A stretch of 64,000 nucleotides of DNA from Desulfatiglandales bacterium (GCA_963666345.1 OY762721.1:2496001-2560000); one strand, 5' to 3'; counted from the first letter of the stretch, positions 8,302-17,954 are shown. The notes: generated by a model from the letters alone, not told the origin. Numbers and translations are program-made.

Positions 8302-8605
8302 TCCTCCTATTGTCGTCAATAATCCCAAGAAGGGTGAAATCTGGATTGTTCGGTTTGATCCATCAATCGGGGCAGAAATCAGAAAAACAAGACGTGCTGT
8401 TGTGGTGAATGATGATAAGATAGGTAACCTGAGACTCCTTATAGTTGTGCCGGTTACAGGATGGAATGAAGGATATAAAAGTATTGTATGGCAGGTGTAT
8501 TTAGCAAAAAGTAGGCAAAACAATCTTGATAAAAAAAGCTCGGCTGATACATCACAAGTAAAATCAATATCTGTCAATAGGCGTCCAAAATTGACCCACC
8601 CCTGA
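8294..8605 (+). pseudogene. mazF: MazF/PemK toxin, C-terminally truncated by an IS end
   Basis: 'KGEIWIVRFDPSIGAEIRKTRRAVVV', 'IVVPVT', 'SSADTSQVKSIS'; sequence after 8571 is an IS21-like IR and the final helix is missing. Confidence 0.75.
8572..8604 (+). mobile_element. IS21-family terminal inverted repeat remnant
   Basis: TGTCAATAGGCGTCCAAAATTGACCCACC matches the TG...AAAATTGACCCAC pattern of IS21-type ends; no istA/istB present. Confidence 0.6.
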
Positions 8606-8769
8606 AAAAATGGTTAAATAGTCGACCCTGACAGGGATATATGTTCTGAGTCGTTTTTATTTTAAAGAATTGAAGTCAATATTTGCAGTCGTAGTATTGC
8701 AAAAAACAGAGACAAATGATCTTGAAGCTGCCTTAGCAGTTTCCTGAAGTTGAATGCCGCTGCGGCCAG

Positions 8770-8798
8770 CGGAAGTGGACCCCATTGATTGGACAGCC
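8770..8798 (+). mobile_element. IS3-family-like terminal repeat remnant
   Basis: GGAAGTGGACCCCATTGATTGGACAG resembles IS3/IS150-group left ends; no transposase follows. Confidence 0.45.
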
Positions 8799-9088
8799 TG
8801 ATGGGTTGAATAAGCTATAGAATGGGTTGGTTTTCATCCTTTTGGTTTAAAATATAGGTGACAATCTTATTCTTCTCTCACCATGTCCCTGCAAATTTTA
8901 CATTATCCCACATGTTTCATGCCACCTGGGTGTTTATAATCCGATAAACAAAAAGACCTAATTTCAGGGCTGAATCTCTTACGTGCCATCCTGACCTCTT
9001 CCCTCTTTCTTCCAGAATCAATTATGACTTTTTACGAATTTATTATAATTGGCTTGCCAGATAGATTCTCTGGGCCTCTGACTTTGAA

Positions 9089-9517
9089 CTACCATGCCTT
9101 TTCCGACATTATTTTTTTGATCTTTTCCTCAGCTTTTTTTGCTACTAAAATCATTTTCTTAGTGCTAGCCTTATGGATTTTCTCTGTCAGAATTTCTATA
9201 TCGGCAGGTTTTTCCAGAAAATCCGTTGCGCCCAGTTTCATGGCTTCTATTCCCTTTTGTAAAGTGGCATGTCCTGTAAGCAGGATGATCTGCATCTCCG
9301 GCTTTTTCTCTTTGATAAGCTTCAACGCCGCAAGACCGTCTATTCCAGGCATTTTAAGATCCAACAAAATAGCATCAAATGAATAGGATTCCACCATCTT
9401 GAGCGCGTCCTCAGCGGAGGTGCTTGTCTCCACTTCAAGTCCACGATTACGCATACGCTCAGCAAGCGTAGCGAGAAATTCGGTTTCGTCATCAACTAAC
9501 AGCACTTTTTCCATCAT
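9089..9517 (-). CDS. Single-domain response regulator
   Basis: 'VLLVDDE', 'LDLKMPGIDG', 'LTGH', 'FLEKP'. Confidence 0.9.
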   Translation of the reverse strand: MMEKVLLVDDETEFLATLAERMRNRGLEVETSTSAEDALKMVESYSFDAILLDLKMPGIDGLAALKLIKEKKPEMQIILLTGHATLQKGIEAMKLGATDFLEKPADIEILTEKIHKASTKKMILVAKKAEEKIKKIMSEKAW

Positions 9518-9608
9518 CGTTTTACCTCCTATCTTTCAATAATTAAATATTGTACACAACCATCACGGAGCCATTCCTGAATCGTCTAATAAAGAAGAAA
9601 GCGCAGGC

Positions 9609-10280
9609 TTAACTGACTCTGTCCAGTTCTCTGGGAAGACAGATAAAAATCCTACCCATTTGCTCCTCCGATAAAAATGATGCCTTCAGGTGGCCTATGA
9701 GCATCCTTTCTTCCCTGCCCGGAAAGTTAGCTTCGGATAAGGAACTTAGGTTTTTCATCCCAGATATTTCAATCCTCCCTCCATTTGCATCTTCATCCAC
9801 ATTTATAAGCAAGGACTTATTGCTGTCTGCACGCGCGGCTGCAAAATCCAGACTCCGCCATAGAAGATTCTCAAGCGAAAAAGGATCCGTTGTTATGGAA
9901 ACGTTTTTGGAGTCTGGAATCATTTCCAGAGTAACACCGCGAAGCAATGAAAAACGCTGAGCCAACGGCAGGACCATTTGGACCAACTCTAGGAGGTCTA
10001 TCGACCTTAGAAGTTCGTCAGAGCTGTGTGAAAAGGCATTCAGCCTTTTTACGATCAGATCAGCTCTGACTGACTGTCTTTGTATTCGTTGAGAGATCTC
10101 TTGGAGTTGTCCGGACTTCAATTCCATTCCTTTTTCGCTCATTAAAATCAAGTCCTCAAGCAGGCCTGCGCTTTCAGCGATTATTGCAAGCGTGTTCTTT
10201 ATCTCATGAGAGATGGAAGCGGTTGCCTTGCCGAAAAACTGAAGATTGCCCTTCCAGAGGTTCCCTTGGTCTTCCGTCAT
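9609..10280 (-). CDS. Histidine kinase-like protein: intact H-box, degenerate ATPase domain
   Basis: 'ASISHEIKNTLAII'; no recognisable N/G1/G2 boxes; no sensor domain. Confidence 0.75.
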   Translation of the reverse strand: MTEDQGNLWKGNLQFFGKATASISHEIKNTLAIIAESAGLLEDLILMSEKGMELKSGQLQEISQRIQRQSVRADLIVKRLNAFSHSSDELLRSIDLLELVQMVLPLAQRFSLLRGVTLEMIPDSKNVSITTDPFSLENLLWRSLDFAAARADSNKSLLINVDEDANGGRIEISGMKNLSSLSEANFPGREERMLIGHLKASFLSEEQMGRIFICLPRELDRVS

Positions 10281-10654
10281 TATTCCTCCATGTCACCGGT
10301 TTTGAGCACGTTATGAATTTTTTCGATCAGGGTGTCTATTTTGACCGGCTTCACCAGATAGAAAGCCTCACCTGCCTCAGCTACACCCATTCGAAAATCT
10401 TTCTCTGAACCATGTCCGGTCATAAATATGAACTTCATTTTAGGCTGCAGTTTCTCCATCCTTCTTTTGAGATTCAGCCCGCTTATCCTAGGAATTTTCA
10501 CATCTAGAACCGCTACGTCATATTTCCTTTTTATGACGGCACTCAGGGCATCTTCAGCATCTGTCGCCCAGTCCGCCTCGAATCCTCTCATCTGCAACCT
10601 TTCTGATAAGGTAGAGACCAATTCGTTTTCATCATCCACCAGCAGAATTCTCAT
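10280..10654 (-). CDS. Single-domain response regulator
   Basis: 'RILLVDDE', 'VLDVKIP', 'MTGH', 'YLVKP'; start placed at the ATG 6 nt after GGAG. Confidence 0.85.
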   Translation of the reverse strand: MRILLVDDENELVSTLSERLQMRGFEADWATDAEDALSAVIKRKYDVAVLDVKIPRISGLNLKRRMEKLQPKMKFIFMTGHGSEKDFRMGVAEAGEAFYLVKPVKIDTLIEKIHNVLKTGDMEE

Positions 10655-12395
10655 CATCTTCTCCATTCCGGCTTTCTGTTGCCTGCGGTAAAAAAATTCT
10701 GAATGTTGTGCCCTCTCCAGGGTTACTTTCGACACGGATGTCACCGCCTAATTCACTTACCAGCCCATAAGTGATGGACAAGCCAAGGCCTGTTCCACCC
10801 ATCTGATTTTTGGTTGTGAAAAAGGGCTCAAAGACTCTTTCTATATCACTCTCTGGAATTCCGCATCCATCATCAGAAACACTTAATGAAATCCCCCCTT
10901 CTTTTTCCTTTTCTATGGTCAAATCCAGGTGCCCCCCCTCACTTATTGCAGCGAAGGCATTGTTGATGAGGTTCAACAGAATCTGCTGAAGCTTTCCACG
11001 GTTTGTAATCAATTTCGGTGAGGGTTCAGGGATATTCACAGAAACATTAATAGATCTATGGTCTGCTTCTTTTTCCAGAAAGCTTACGACTTCATTTACA
11101 ACCTCTTTTATATCGACCCATCCAAGTTTTGAATCGGCTCCCATATGACGCGCAAAGCTCAGCAATCTTCCAGTAATTGCGGAACAACGGTCAACAGACC
11201 TCATGATGGAATCGACCTGTCCCATGAGCTTTTTGTCTTCCGCATAGGCTTGCTTGATGATAAAGATGTCCTTAATAAGGCCGGCCTTTTCATTAATGAT
11301 GGCCAAGGGGTTGTTTATCTCATGAGCCACGCCAGCCGCCAGTCGGCCTATGGAAGCCATCTTATTTGAGTATTCCACATGATGCAAAGCTGCCACCCGC
11401 CTTTGGTCAGCTTCGTAGATACGCTCTACGAGGTAGGAATAAACCCAGAGGATAACAATCATAACGCCGACAACACTTATGAAAAGAAACCCAAGGATCT
11501 TAAAACGGACCCTCCACCAACGTTCAAGAAGGGCCTGTTTTCTTTTGCAGATGACAAGGATAAAAGGGGTCTCTTCAAGATAGGCGTAACCTCTTACCCT
11601 GGGTCCAAATTCAGGATCGTTTATCCATGTTACCTGGGTTGCCTTCGAGTATTTCGGAGTGGGAATGGTAACATGATGGAGTGCAGGTCCATAGAAGCGT
11701 GATGGTGTTTGAAGTATCCCATTATGGTTTATGATAAAGGCGTCTCCGTCATCGCCAACGTGCAAATTTACTAGAAGATCATTAAAACGCTCAGTGTCGA
11801 TAGTGGCGCGAATTACATAGAAATCCCCTCCCGGCAACTCATGACGTTCGGCTATAATAAAATGTGGCTCTTTTCGTATACCCAGAAACACATCGCTAAT
11901 ATATATGCCTTTTTCCTTCACTTGCCTGTACCAGTTTTCATCACTGTAGTTTGCACCGCCTAGGGTGTAGGGGCCGGCATAGGCCAGTTGCTCTCCATGG
12001 GAGTCAATAACACCAAGGTCGGTAAAACCGCCGAAGGCCTTTTTTAGATGATCAAGCAGTCCCTCTAACCTTTTCGGATTAATGAGATCTTCAGGATCAT
12101 TATCCTGTACAATGAAGTCCAGTGCCGAGCGTCGTTCAATAAGAAAATATGATACAGTCCTCCTGGCGTTTGATGCGAGGCGGCTTGTCCGGTAGTTGAT
12201 CTCCTCCTTAAAAGCCTTGTGAGATACCTTGTAGTCGATAAAGGTCATCCAAAACAAAGGAAGAAGTGTGACGCCGGCAGTTAGAAACACCGATTGTTTC
12301 CAGATGCGGCGGAAATTGAAAAGATGCTTGTAAGGTCCGGCAGCAACATCGCGGTGATCCCAAAATCTTGGTTTTAAAATGCCTAAAATACCCAT
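10632..12395 (-). CDS. Membrane sensor histidine kinase with Cache-like periplasmic domain
   Basis: 2 TM segments; 'GVAHEINNPL', 'LNLINNA', 'DDGCGI', 'FEPFFTTK', 'GTGLGL'. Confidence 0.92.
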   Translation of the reverse strand: MGILGILKPRFWDHRDVAAGPYKHLFNFRRIWKQSVFLTAGVTLLPLFWMTFIDYKVSHKAFKEEINYRTSRLASNARRTVSYFLIERRSALDFIVQDNDPEDLINPKRLEGLLDHLKKAFGGFTDLGVIDSHGEQLAYAGPYTLGGANYSDENWYRQVKEKGIYISDVFLGIRKEPHFIIAERHELPGGDFYVIRATIDTERFNDLLVNLHVGDDGDAFIINHNGILQTPSRFYGPALHHVTIPTPKYSKATQVTWINDPEFGPRVRGYAYLEETPFILVICKRKQALLERWWRVRFKILGFLFISVVGVMIVILWVYSYLVERIYEADQRRVAALHHVEYSNKMASIGRLAAGVAHEINNPLAIINEKAGLIKDIFIIKQAYAEDKKLMGQVDSIMRSVDRCSAITGRLLSFARHMGADSKLGWVDIKEVVNEVVSFLEKEADHRSINVSVNIPEPSPKLITNRGKLQQILLNLINNAFAAISEGGHLDLTIEKEKEGGISLSVSDDGCGIPESDIERVFEPFFTTKNQMGGTGLGLSITYGLVSELGGDIRVESNPGEGTTFRIFLPQATESRNGEDDENSAGG

Positions 12396-12427
12396 GACCT
12401 TTCACTTTTCTCCCAGATTTCAGGCGC

Positions 12428-13651
12428 TCATCCATCCTTTTTTTTTGCCTGAATTTTATCGTTGGCCTTACGAAGAGAGTCACTCAGAAGATCAATGTTT
12501 ACAGGCTTTTGAAGATATGCAAAGGCTCCAAGTTCCATACAAGTCTTTCTATCCGATTCCGTGCCATGACCTGTCAAAATTATCACCTCAATATCGGGTC
12601 GCTCCTTTTTGACTCGTCGAAGGACCTCGATACCGTCGATCCCCGGCATCTTGAGGTCAAGTACCATAACTTCAGGTTCATCTTCATGTATAAGTTCAAG
12701 GGCTGATTCACCGTCATAGGCTACTGCTGATCCCATATCCCTCATGGTGAGACGCTCGGAAAGTGTCTGCACAAATTCCCGTTCATCGTCCACCAGTAGT
12801 ACCTTGGAAGGCACCTTGAAATCATATTTTCTATAAATATCGGCCTGGTAATACCCTTCACCCACCTTGGTGGTTACTGATCTGACGCCTGTAATGGCCG
12901 AGCAGATTGACTTGAGTTCTTCCTCCAGGCGTGATAAAAGGAGGACATGTTTATTTATGGTCAAGGTCAGATTGCCGTCATCGGCTGCTACATCTACATC
13001 ATGCCCTTCACGGTAAAGGGCTTCTTCCACTTTTGATGATAGTTGAAAGTCTTTCACCGCCTTTTTAGATCGAGCCGAGGTCTTGACTACTGTCTTTCCC
13101 AGATTCTCGATGATCAACTCGACGGCCTCCTCAACTGAAAGCCTTTTGGTAGGGATCACTAGGTCGTAAAGAGATGCGTCCCATGGATCCGCTTTGCCAT
13201 ACAACCTTTCAATCCATGCTGAGCATTCATGGTCTGACGATTGGATAAGCTTTTCAGCCTCTTTTTCTCCAAGGCCATTTTGCCTCAAGGCAAGCGATTT
13301 TCTGAACCCTCTCTCGGCAACGATACAGGCACGAAGGACATGACTTATTGACCGAGGTATGAGCATGGCAGAATGCCCATAAACGATCAGTTCGTCATCC
13401 CCGAGCACATCAGAAACGCCCATCTTAAGGCAGGCAATGGAGAGGTCCTTTTCATGCGTAAATTTGTTGAACAAGGATGTCTTTGAAGAAAATGCCTTTG
13501 CAATTTTTGCTTCTTCTATTTCACAAGCCTCAGCAGCTCTATTGACGATATTTTTGTCTGTTACTACTCTGTATCCGGTTTTTTTGGAAATGGCGTCTAC
13601 AACCTGATCAGCTTGGCAGAAGGCGCTGGTAAAAATGCTTATTACGGTCAT
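12428..13651 (-). CDS. Cytidylate-kinase-like domain fused to C-terminal receiver
   Basis: N-terminal CMK-like region ('DPWDASLYDLVIP'), possible BON-like linker, REC 'VLLVDDE...LDLKMPG...LTGH...LQKP'. Confidence 0.8.
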   Translation of the reverse strand: MTVISIFTSAFCQADQVVDAISKKTGYRVVTDKNIVNRAAEACEIEEAKIAKAFSSKTSLFNKFTHEKDLSIACLKMGVSDVLGDDELIVYGHSAMLIPRSISHVLRACIVAERGFRKSLALRQNGLGEKEAEKLIQSSDHECSAWIERLYGKADPWDASLYDLVIPTKRLSVEEAVELIIENLGKTVVKTSARSKKAVKDFQLSSKVEEALYREGHDVDVAADDGNLTLTINKHVLLLSRLEEELKSICSAITGVRSVTTKVGEGYYQADIYRKYDFKVPSKVLLVDDEREFVQTLSERLTMRDMGSAVAYDGESALELIHEDEPEVMVLDLKMPGIDGIEVLRRVKKERPDIEVIILTGHGTESDRKTCMELGAFAYLQKPVNIDLLSDSLRKANDKIQAKKKDG

Positions 13652-13672
13652 ATGATCTCCTTCCGGGCCTTA

Positions 13673-15805
13673 TTATCCCTCAGCCAATCTGCAAACACTC
13701 AATAGGGGACAGGCACTCTCCGTGCTCTTTTTATGAGATTCCGTGTAATTGGCCTGGATCGCTTTTTCCATGGTGGGATAGATATTATTTTCACCGATTT
13801 TCTCAAGTAGATGTGTGCGAACAAGCACGTGCATAACCGCCTCATTTACCCCGCTTAATGAGATATCTAATCCTGCGCTCCTGACTCTGTCAAAAAGAAG
13901 AGAAAGGGCCTCTTCACCCGATGCATCAATGTCATTGATGCCGTTACATACAATCACTATATGACGCAGATCCCCTCTTTTCATCATGATCTCTGTTATC
14001 TTTTCTTCTAGATAGCTCGTGTTAGCAAAAAACAGCGGCCCGTCGAAGCGAACCAATGCCAGATATTGACACTTCTTCAGTCCGTGAGTATCTGTGCATC
14101 TCAGTCCGTTGTCTTCCGTTCTTGAAAGGGTTACAACTCTCGGCCTCATGCTTTTGTAAAGAAAGACAATGAGGGAAAGCACCACTCCGATCATAATACC
14201 CTTGTCCAGATGGGGCGCAAATATGAGTGTGCATAAAAAGGTAATAATTGAAATAGCACCGTCGTACCATTGAGCCCTCCAGGCATGCAGGAATCCCGTG
14301 ACATTTATTAACCCCATAACCGCCATCATTATGACCGCCGCCAAAACTGCCTGAGGCAGGAAATATAGAAGAGGAGTAAAAAAAAGAAGAACAATCACAA
14401 CCGTTAGACTTGTAAAGACACTTGAGAGCCCGCTGACTGCTCCAGCCTGCAGATTGACCGCTGAACGGGAAAACGACCCGGAGGTGGGATAACTGCGGCC
14501 TATTGCACCTGCCAAGTTGGCGATTCCCTGTCCGATAAGTTCCTGGTTGGGATCCAAACGCTGACCGGTCTTGGAGGCCATAGCTTTTGCTATGGAAATA
14601 GCCTCCATGAATCCAAGCAGAGAAATAATAGCGGCATAGGGGAAGAGCTGTAAGATTGTGCTGATATCGAAGTTGGGAACGCTGAGGCTGGGCAATCCTC
14701 TAGGAATGACACCAACCACTGCGCCTCCCCCAATAAACAAAAGACCGTTTTCATCAAGAGGACAATTATCCAGCTTCAAATGCCAGGCCTTGTGATCATG
14801 CTCCATTCCTGATGGGACATTACCATCACTATAAAACGTTATGCCATCGTCTGTCGTTTTCACACCTCGAAACAGTACGGATCGAAGCGCTTCCCGTTGT
14901 ATGGCTGCTCGCGATTTACTCTTTTCAATGGAAGAGCTCAATAAGTCTAGCTCATAATTGGCGTAAAGCTCGGTGGTCGAATCACCTTCCTTGCGTGCCC
15001 TGTTTGCAACCTCAAAGAATTTGGCTCTTTGCCCGGCAAGATATGGGATCGAATCCGTTGCCTCGTTAAAAAGCTCTATTCTTTTTTGGACAAGTTGATC
15101 CCTAATAGACTCGATCGGTACTTTCACATTGTGTTGAAACCCGGTCGCCCATGAAAGGACAGTGGTAATGATAACTGCAAAAAGCACGTTGGGTATCCTG
15201 GGAGAAATTCGTTTCAGAGAATACATTATTGCAAAGGCAAGCGCAGCCATCCCCAAGGTCGGCCAGTGGGTATAATGCCATGAAGCCTCAATGACACGAA
15301 GAATGGTCTCATAGTGGTGGCTTGCCTTATCAACGTACACCCCGAATATCTTGGACAGCTGGGAGGTAGCGATGATGATAGCGGCGGCATTGGTAAAACC
15401 GTTTACAACAGGATGAGAAAGGAAGTTGACTACAAGACCTAATCGAAGGGCGCCGAGGCTGAACTGAAAAATTCCTACCATAACGGCAAGTAGAATTGCA
15501 TATGATATGTAACCTTGACTTCCAGCGGTTGCCAGCGGTTCAAGTGACGCGGATGTCATAAGTGACACCACGGCAACAGGGCCGGTCGCCAGTTGCCGAC
15601 TGGAACCGAAAAGGGCAGCTACCATAGGTGGCAAAAAGGCCGCATAGAGACCGTAGTAGGCCGGAAGTCCAGCCAGTTGAGCATATGCCATTGATTGAGG
15701 TACAAGTACCAGTGCGACAGTCAGACCTGCAATAGCATCCGCTTTTAAGTCCCTTAAATCATAGTCTTTGAACCACGTGAGAAAGGGAAGTATTTTTGAA
15801 ATCAT
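13673..15805 (-). CDS. sulP: SulP-family anion transporter with STAS domain
   Basis: 'ADAIAGLTVALVLVPQSMAYAQLAG', 'GSSRQLATGP', 'NQELIGQG', 'GSFSRSA', STAS 'FDGPLFFAN...IDASG'. Confidence 0.93.
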   Translation of the reverse strand: MISKILPFLTWFKDYDLRDLKADAIAGLTVALVLVPQSMAYAQLAGLPAYYGLYAAFLPPMVAALFGSSRQLATGPVAVVSLMTSASLEPLATAGSQGYISYAILLAVMVGIFQFSLGALRLGLVVNFLSHPVVNGFTNAAAIIIATSQLSKIFGVYVDKASHHYETILRVIEASWHYTHWPTLGMAALAFAIMYSLKRISPRIPNVLFAVIITTVLSWATGFQHNVKVPIESIRDQLVQKRIELFNEATDSIPYLAGQRAKFFEVANRARKEGDSTTELYANYELDLLSSSIEKSKSRAAIQREALRSVLFRGVKTTDDGITFYSDGNVPSGMEHDHKAWHLKLDNCPLDENGLLFIGGGAVVGVIPRGLPSLSVPNFDISTILQLFPYAAIISLLGFMEAISIAKAMASKTGQRLDPNQELIGQGIANLAGAIGRSYPTSGSFSRSAVNLQAGAVSGLSSVFTSLTVVIVLLFFTPLLYFLPQAVLAAVIMMAVMGLINVTGFLHAWRAQWYDGAISIITFLCTLIFAPHLDKGIMIGVVLSLIVFLYKSMRPRVVTLSRTEDNGLRCTDTHGLKKCQYLALVRFDGPLFFANTSYLEEKITEIMMKRGDLRHIVIVCNGINDIDASGEEALSLLFDRVRSAGLDISLSGVNEAVMHVLVRTHLLEKIGENNIYPTMEKAIQANYTESHKKSTESACPLLSVCRLAEG

Positions 15806-16410
15806 TTGCTATCCGTTTTGGGGTTAAAATCAGGTTCAAGAATCCGGCGGCATGCATTTATAAGCTCAACATGCAATGCCGCAGTATTGTAAAGATTGCA
15901 GTTCCTGAATCTTACCAAACCGTCAACCATAGTTAGGATAAGCAAGGCGGACTTACGTGAAGCCATGGAACCGACGCTGCCGTCACGCCGGCCTTTCAGG
16001 ATCGGTTCCTCGAAAAAATCCATCAGGCACTCATATATTTCTTGAAGGTATTGACTGCAGATTGGGTTTACCTGAGCCAGTTGATATAAATATCGGCGTT
16101 CCAGAAGGATAAAGTCGTCCTCCATTTTTCCGGCCAGATAAAGATAAAACGATACCACTTCAAGCATTTGCTCCATTCCATTCACTTTTTGAGCATCGGC
16201 CTTGTATATGGAAAACTCCTCTAGTATCCTCTCTTTGATTTGTTGGAGTATGTTTAAAAGGAGGTCTTCCTTGTTTTTGAAGTGGTAGAAGATTGATCCT
16301 TCGGACACACCGGTCAATTTAGCGATTTCCGAGGTAGAGGTTTCGTGAAAACCCCTGTCTGCAAAAAGCTTTGTAGCCGCTGCTAAAATAGTCTCTTTTC
16401 GGGTCATCAT
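15802..16410 (-). CDS. TetR/AcrR-family regulator
   Basis: 'RKETILAAATKLFADRGFHETSTSEIAKLTGVSEGSIFYHFKNKEDL'. Confidence 0.93.
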   Translation of the reverse strand: MMTRKETILAAATKLFADRGFHETSTSEIAKLTGVSEGSIFYHFKNKEDLLLNILQQIKERILEEFSIYKADAQKVNGMEQMLEVVSFYLYLAGKMEDDFILLERRYLYQLAQVNPICSQYLQEIYECLMDFFEEPILKGRRDGSVGSMASRKSALLILTMVDGLVRFRNCNLYNTAALHVELINACRRILEPDFNPKTDSK

Positions 16411-16429
16411 ATATCTCTGAATAAATAAA

Positions 16430-16475
16430 AGTGAGCGCTCACTCAGTTTATATATATTAAATAGATCTTTGTCAA
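16430..16475 (-). promoter_or_regulatory. sigma70 promoter plus palindromic TetR operator
   Basis: TTGACA(16475-16470)-17-TATAAA(16452-16447); perfect palindrome AGTGAGCGCTCACT at 16430-16443. Confidence 0.75.
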
Positions 16476-16849
16476 GAAATTTTTAGGTAGGACGCGTTAA
16501 CCGCCTAAATTAATATTTATAATCAGAAATTTTCTGATGCAAAATATTGCCTTTGAACAACAGGCATAGCCAGCCCTTAATGTGAAATTGTTATGGATAT
16601 TTTATGCTTTTGCGGCTTTTCAGGCGGATAATACCCCTGGCATTGGGCAAAATTATTTATTTTACTTTATTGACAGTCCATATGGTTTCGGCCATCATTA
16701 TAATGGGTGAAGGCAAATTGAGCGATTCATCTGATTCAACTTATATGATGAGTAATTGGAGGCGCATGTCATCTGTTTACCTGAAATGATTTCAATACAA
16801 CTTGCGGTTGTGACGAAAAGATATCACCCCGGCCTGTAAGTGAAAAAAA

Positions 16850-17536
16850 ATGGGTAAATCAAACAAACAGCAATCATCTATTGGAAGCAGCAGCTTTTTG
16901 GTGCTGGCAGCCGGTGCCTTGATAGCAGCGGTTTTATTTGTGTCCACCTACATGCCCAATAAAGCCAGGGCCGATGATATCGTAACCGTCAGCTTTGAGA
17001 CTGAGGCGTCCTACACCATGGGCCCGGGTGATTCGGAACCCTTGGCCTGCAAACTGGCTTTTTTCCGCGCCTCGCTAGAGGCGGCTCATCAAGCGGCCAA
17101 TCGATTTGCGGAGCAAAGGTTGATCCAGTTCGGAAACAGGGATAAAAGCGAACTGGTCTGCCTGGTGGCCGACAATTTGAGGGCCGAACCAATCTGGGAC
17201 CACTGGAAGAAAGAGGGCGGGGTTTCTACCTATACTGTTCGAATACATGCGGTGGTAAGGTTGTCCGATTTCATTGGGGCGCAGTTGGTAATCCTGGGCT
17301 TCTCGCGAAAGGAAGCCACAGAGAATTACCGTGATGAAATGAGCCCGCCCATACCGGTTCTTTTTAGTCCCGGTCTGGCTCTGGCCAAAGCCTACTGGCT
17401 GATTCGGAATAATGAACTGCGTATTTCGATCATCTACCTGGATCGACTAACGCAACGATATCCAAACTGGAGGGAAGCCTATGAAGGCAAAGCCATGGCC
17501 CTCAGTCTTCAGAACAAGGCCAAGGCCATGCAGTAG
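16850..17536 (+). CDS. Exported hypothetical protein with TPR-like C-terminus, probably damaged at the 3' end
   Basis: N-terminal hydrophobic segment; 'YLDRLTQRYPNWREAYEGKAMAL' is TPR-like; protein-like sequence continues past the TAG. Confidence 0.6.
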   Translation: MGKSNKQQSSIGSSSFLVLAAGALIAAVLFVSTYMPNKARADDIVTVSFETEASYTMGPGDSEPLACKLAFFRASLEAAHQAANRFAEQRLIQFGNRDKSELVCLVADNLRAEPIWDHWKKEGGVSTYTVRIHAVVRLSDFIGAQLVILGFSRKEATENYRDEMSPPIPVLFSPGLALAKAYWLIRNNELRISIIYLDRLTQRYPNWREAYEGKAMALSLQNKAKAMQ

Positions 17537-17833
17537 AAAATAAAGCGCGCATGCTCGGTAGCCCGACGGCCTGCTCCCAACTCAAAGGTGTATGACTAAT
17601 CCTTTGTTTACAAGTGTCAGGTTAAAATGGATATTACTGCTGTTTTTGAAGTGAAGGTATCTCCTGGAGATAGCAGATCCGACAAGACCTGTGATAAGAA
17701 AGCGATATATGTTTTGGGAAAGGTTATCGCTAGAGGGGCTTAGAAATCTCAATTCTGCCAAGAGGGCCGTGCATTTTTTTATTGATAGATTTTATCTTTT
17801 TTTGCGATTTTGCTGTACAACAGGTGCACAAAA

Positions 17834-17869
17834 TAAAAAGGGGTGCAAGAATAAATCTTGTACCCCTTT
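17834..17869 (-). terminator. Rho-independent terminator after tRNA-fMet
   Basis: aaaggggtacaagat-ttattcttgcacccc followed by ttttt on the minus strand. Confidence 0.75.
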
Positions 17870-17877
17870 GATATTCC

Positions 17878-17954
<77 letters not shown>

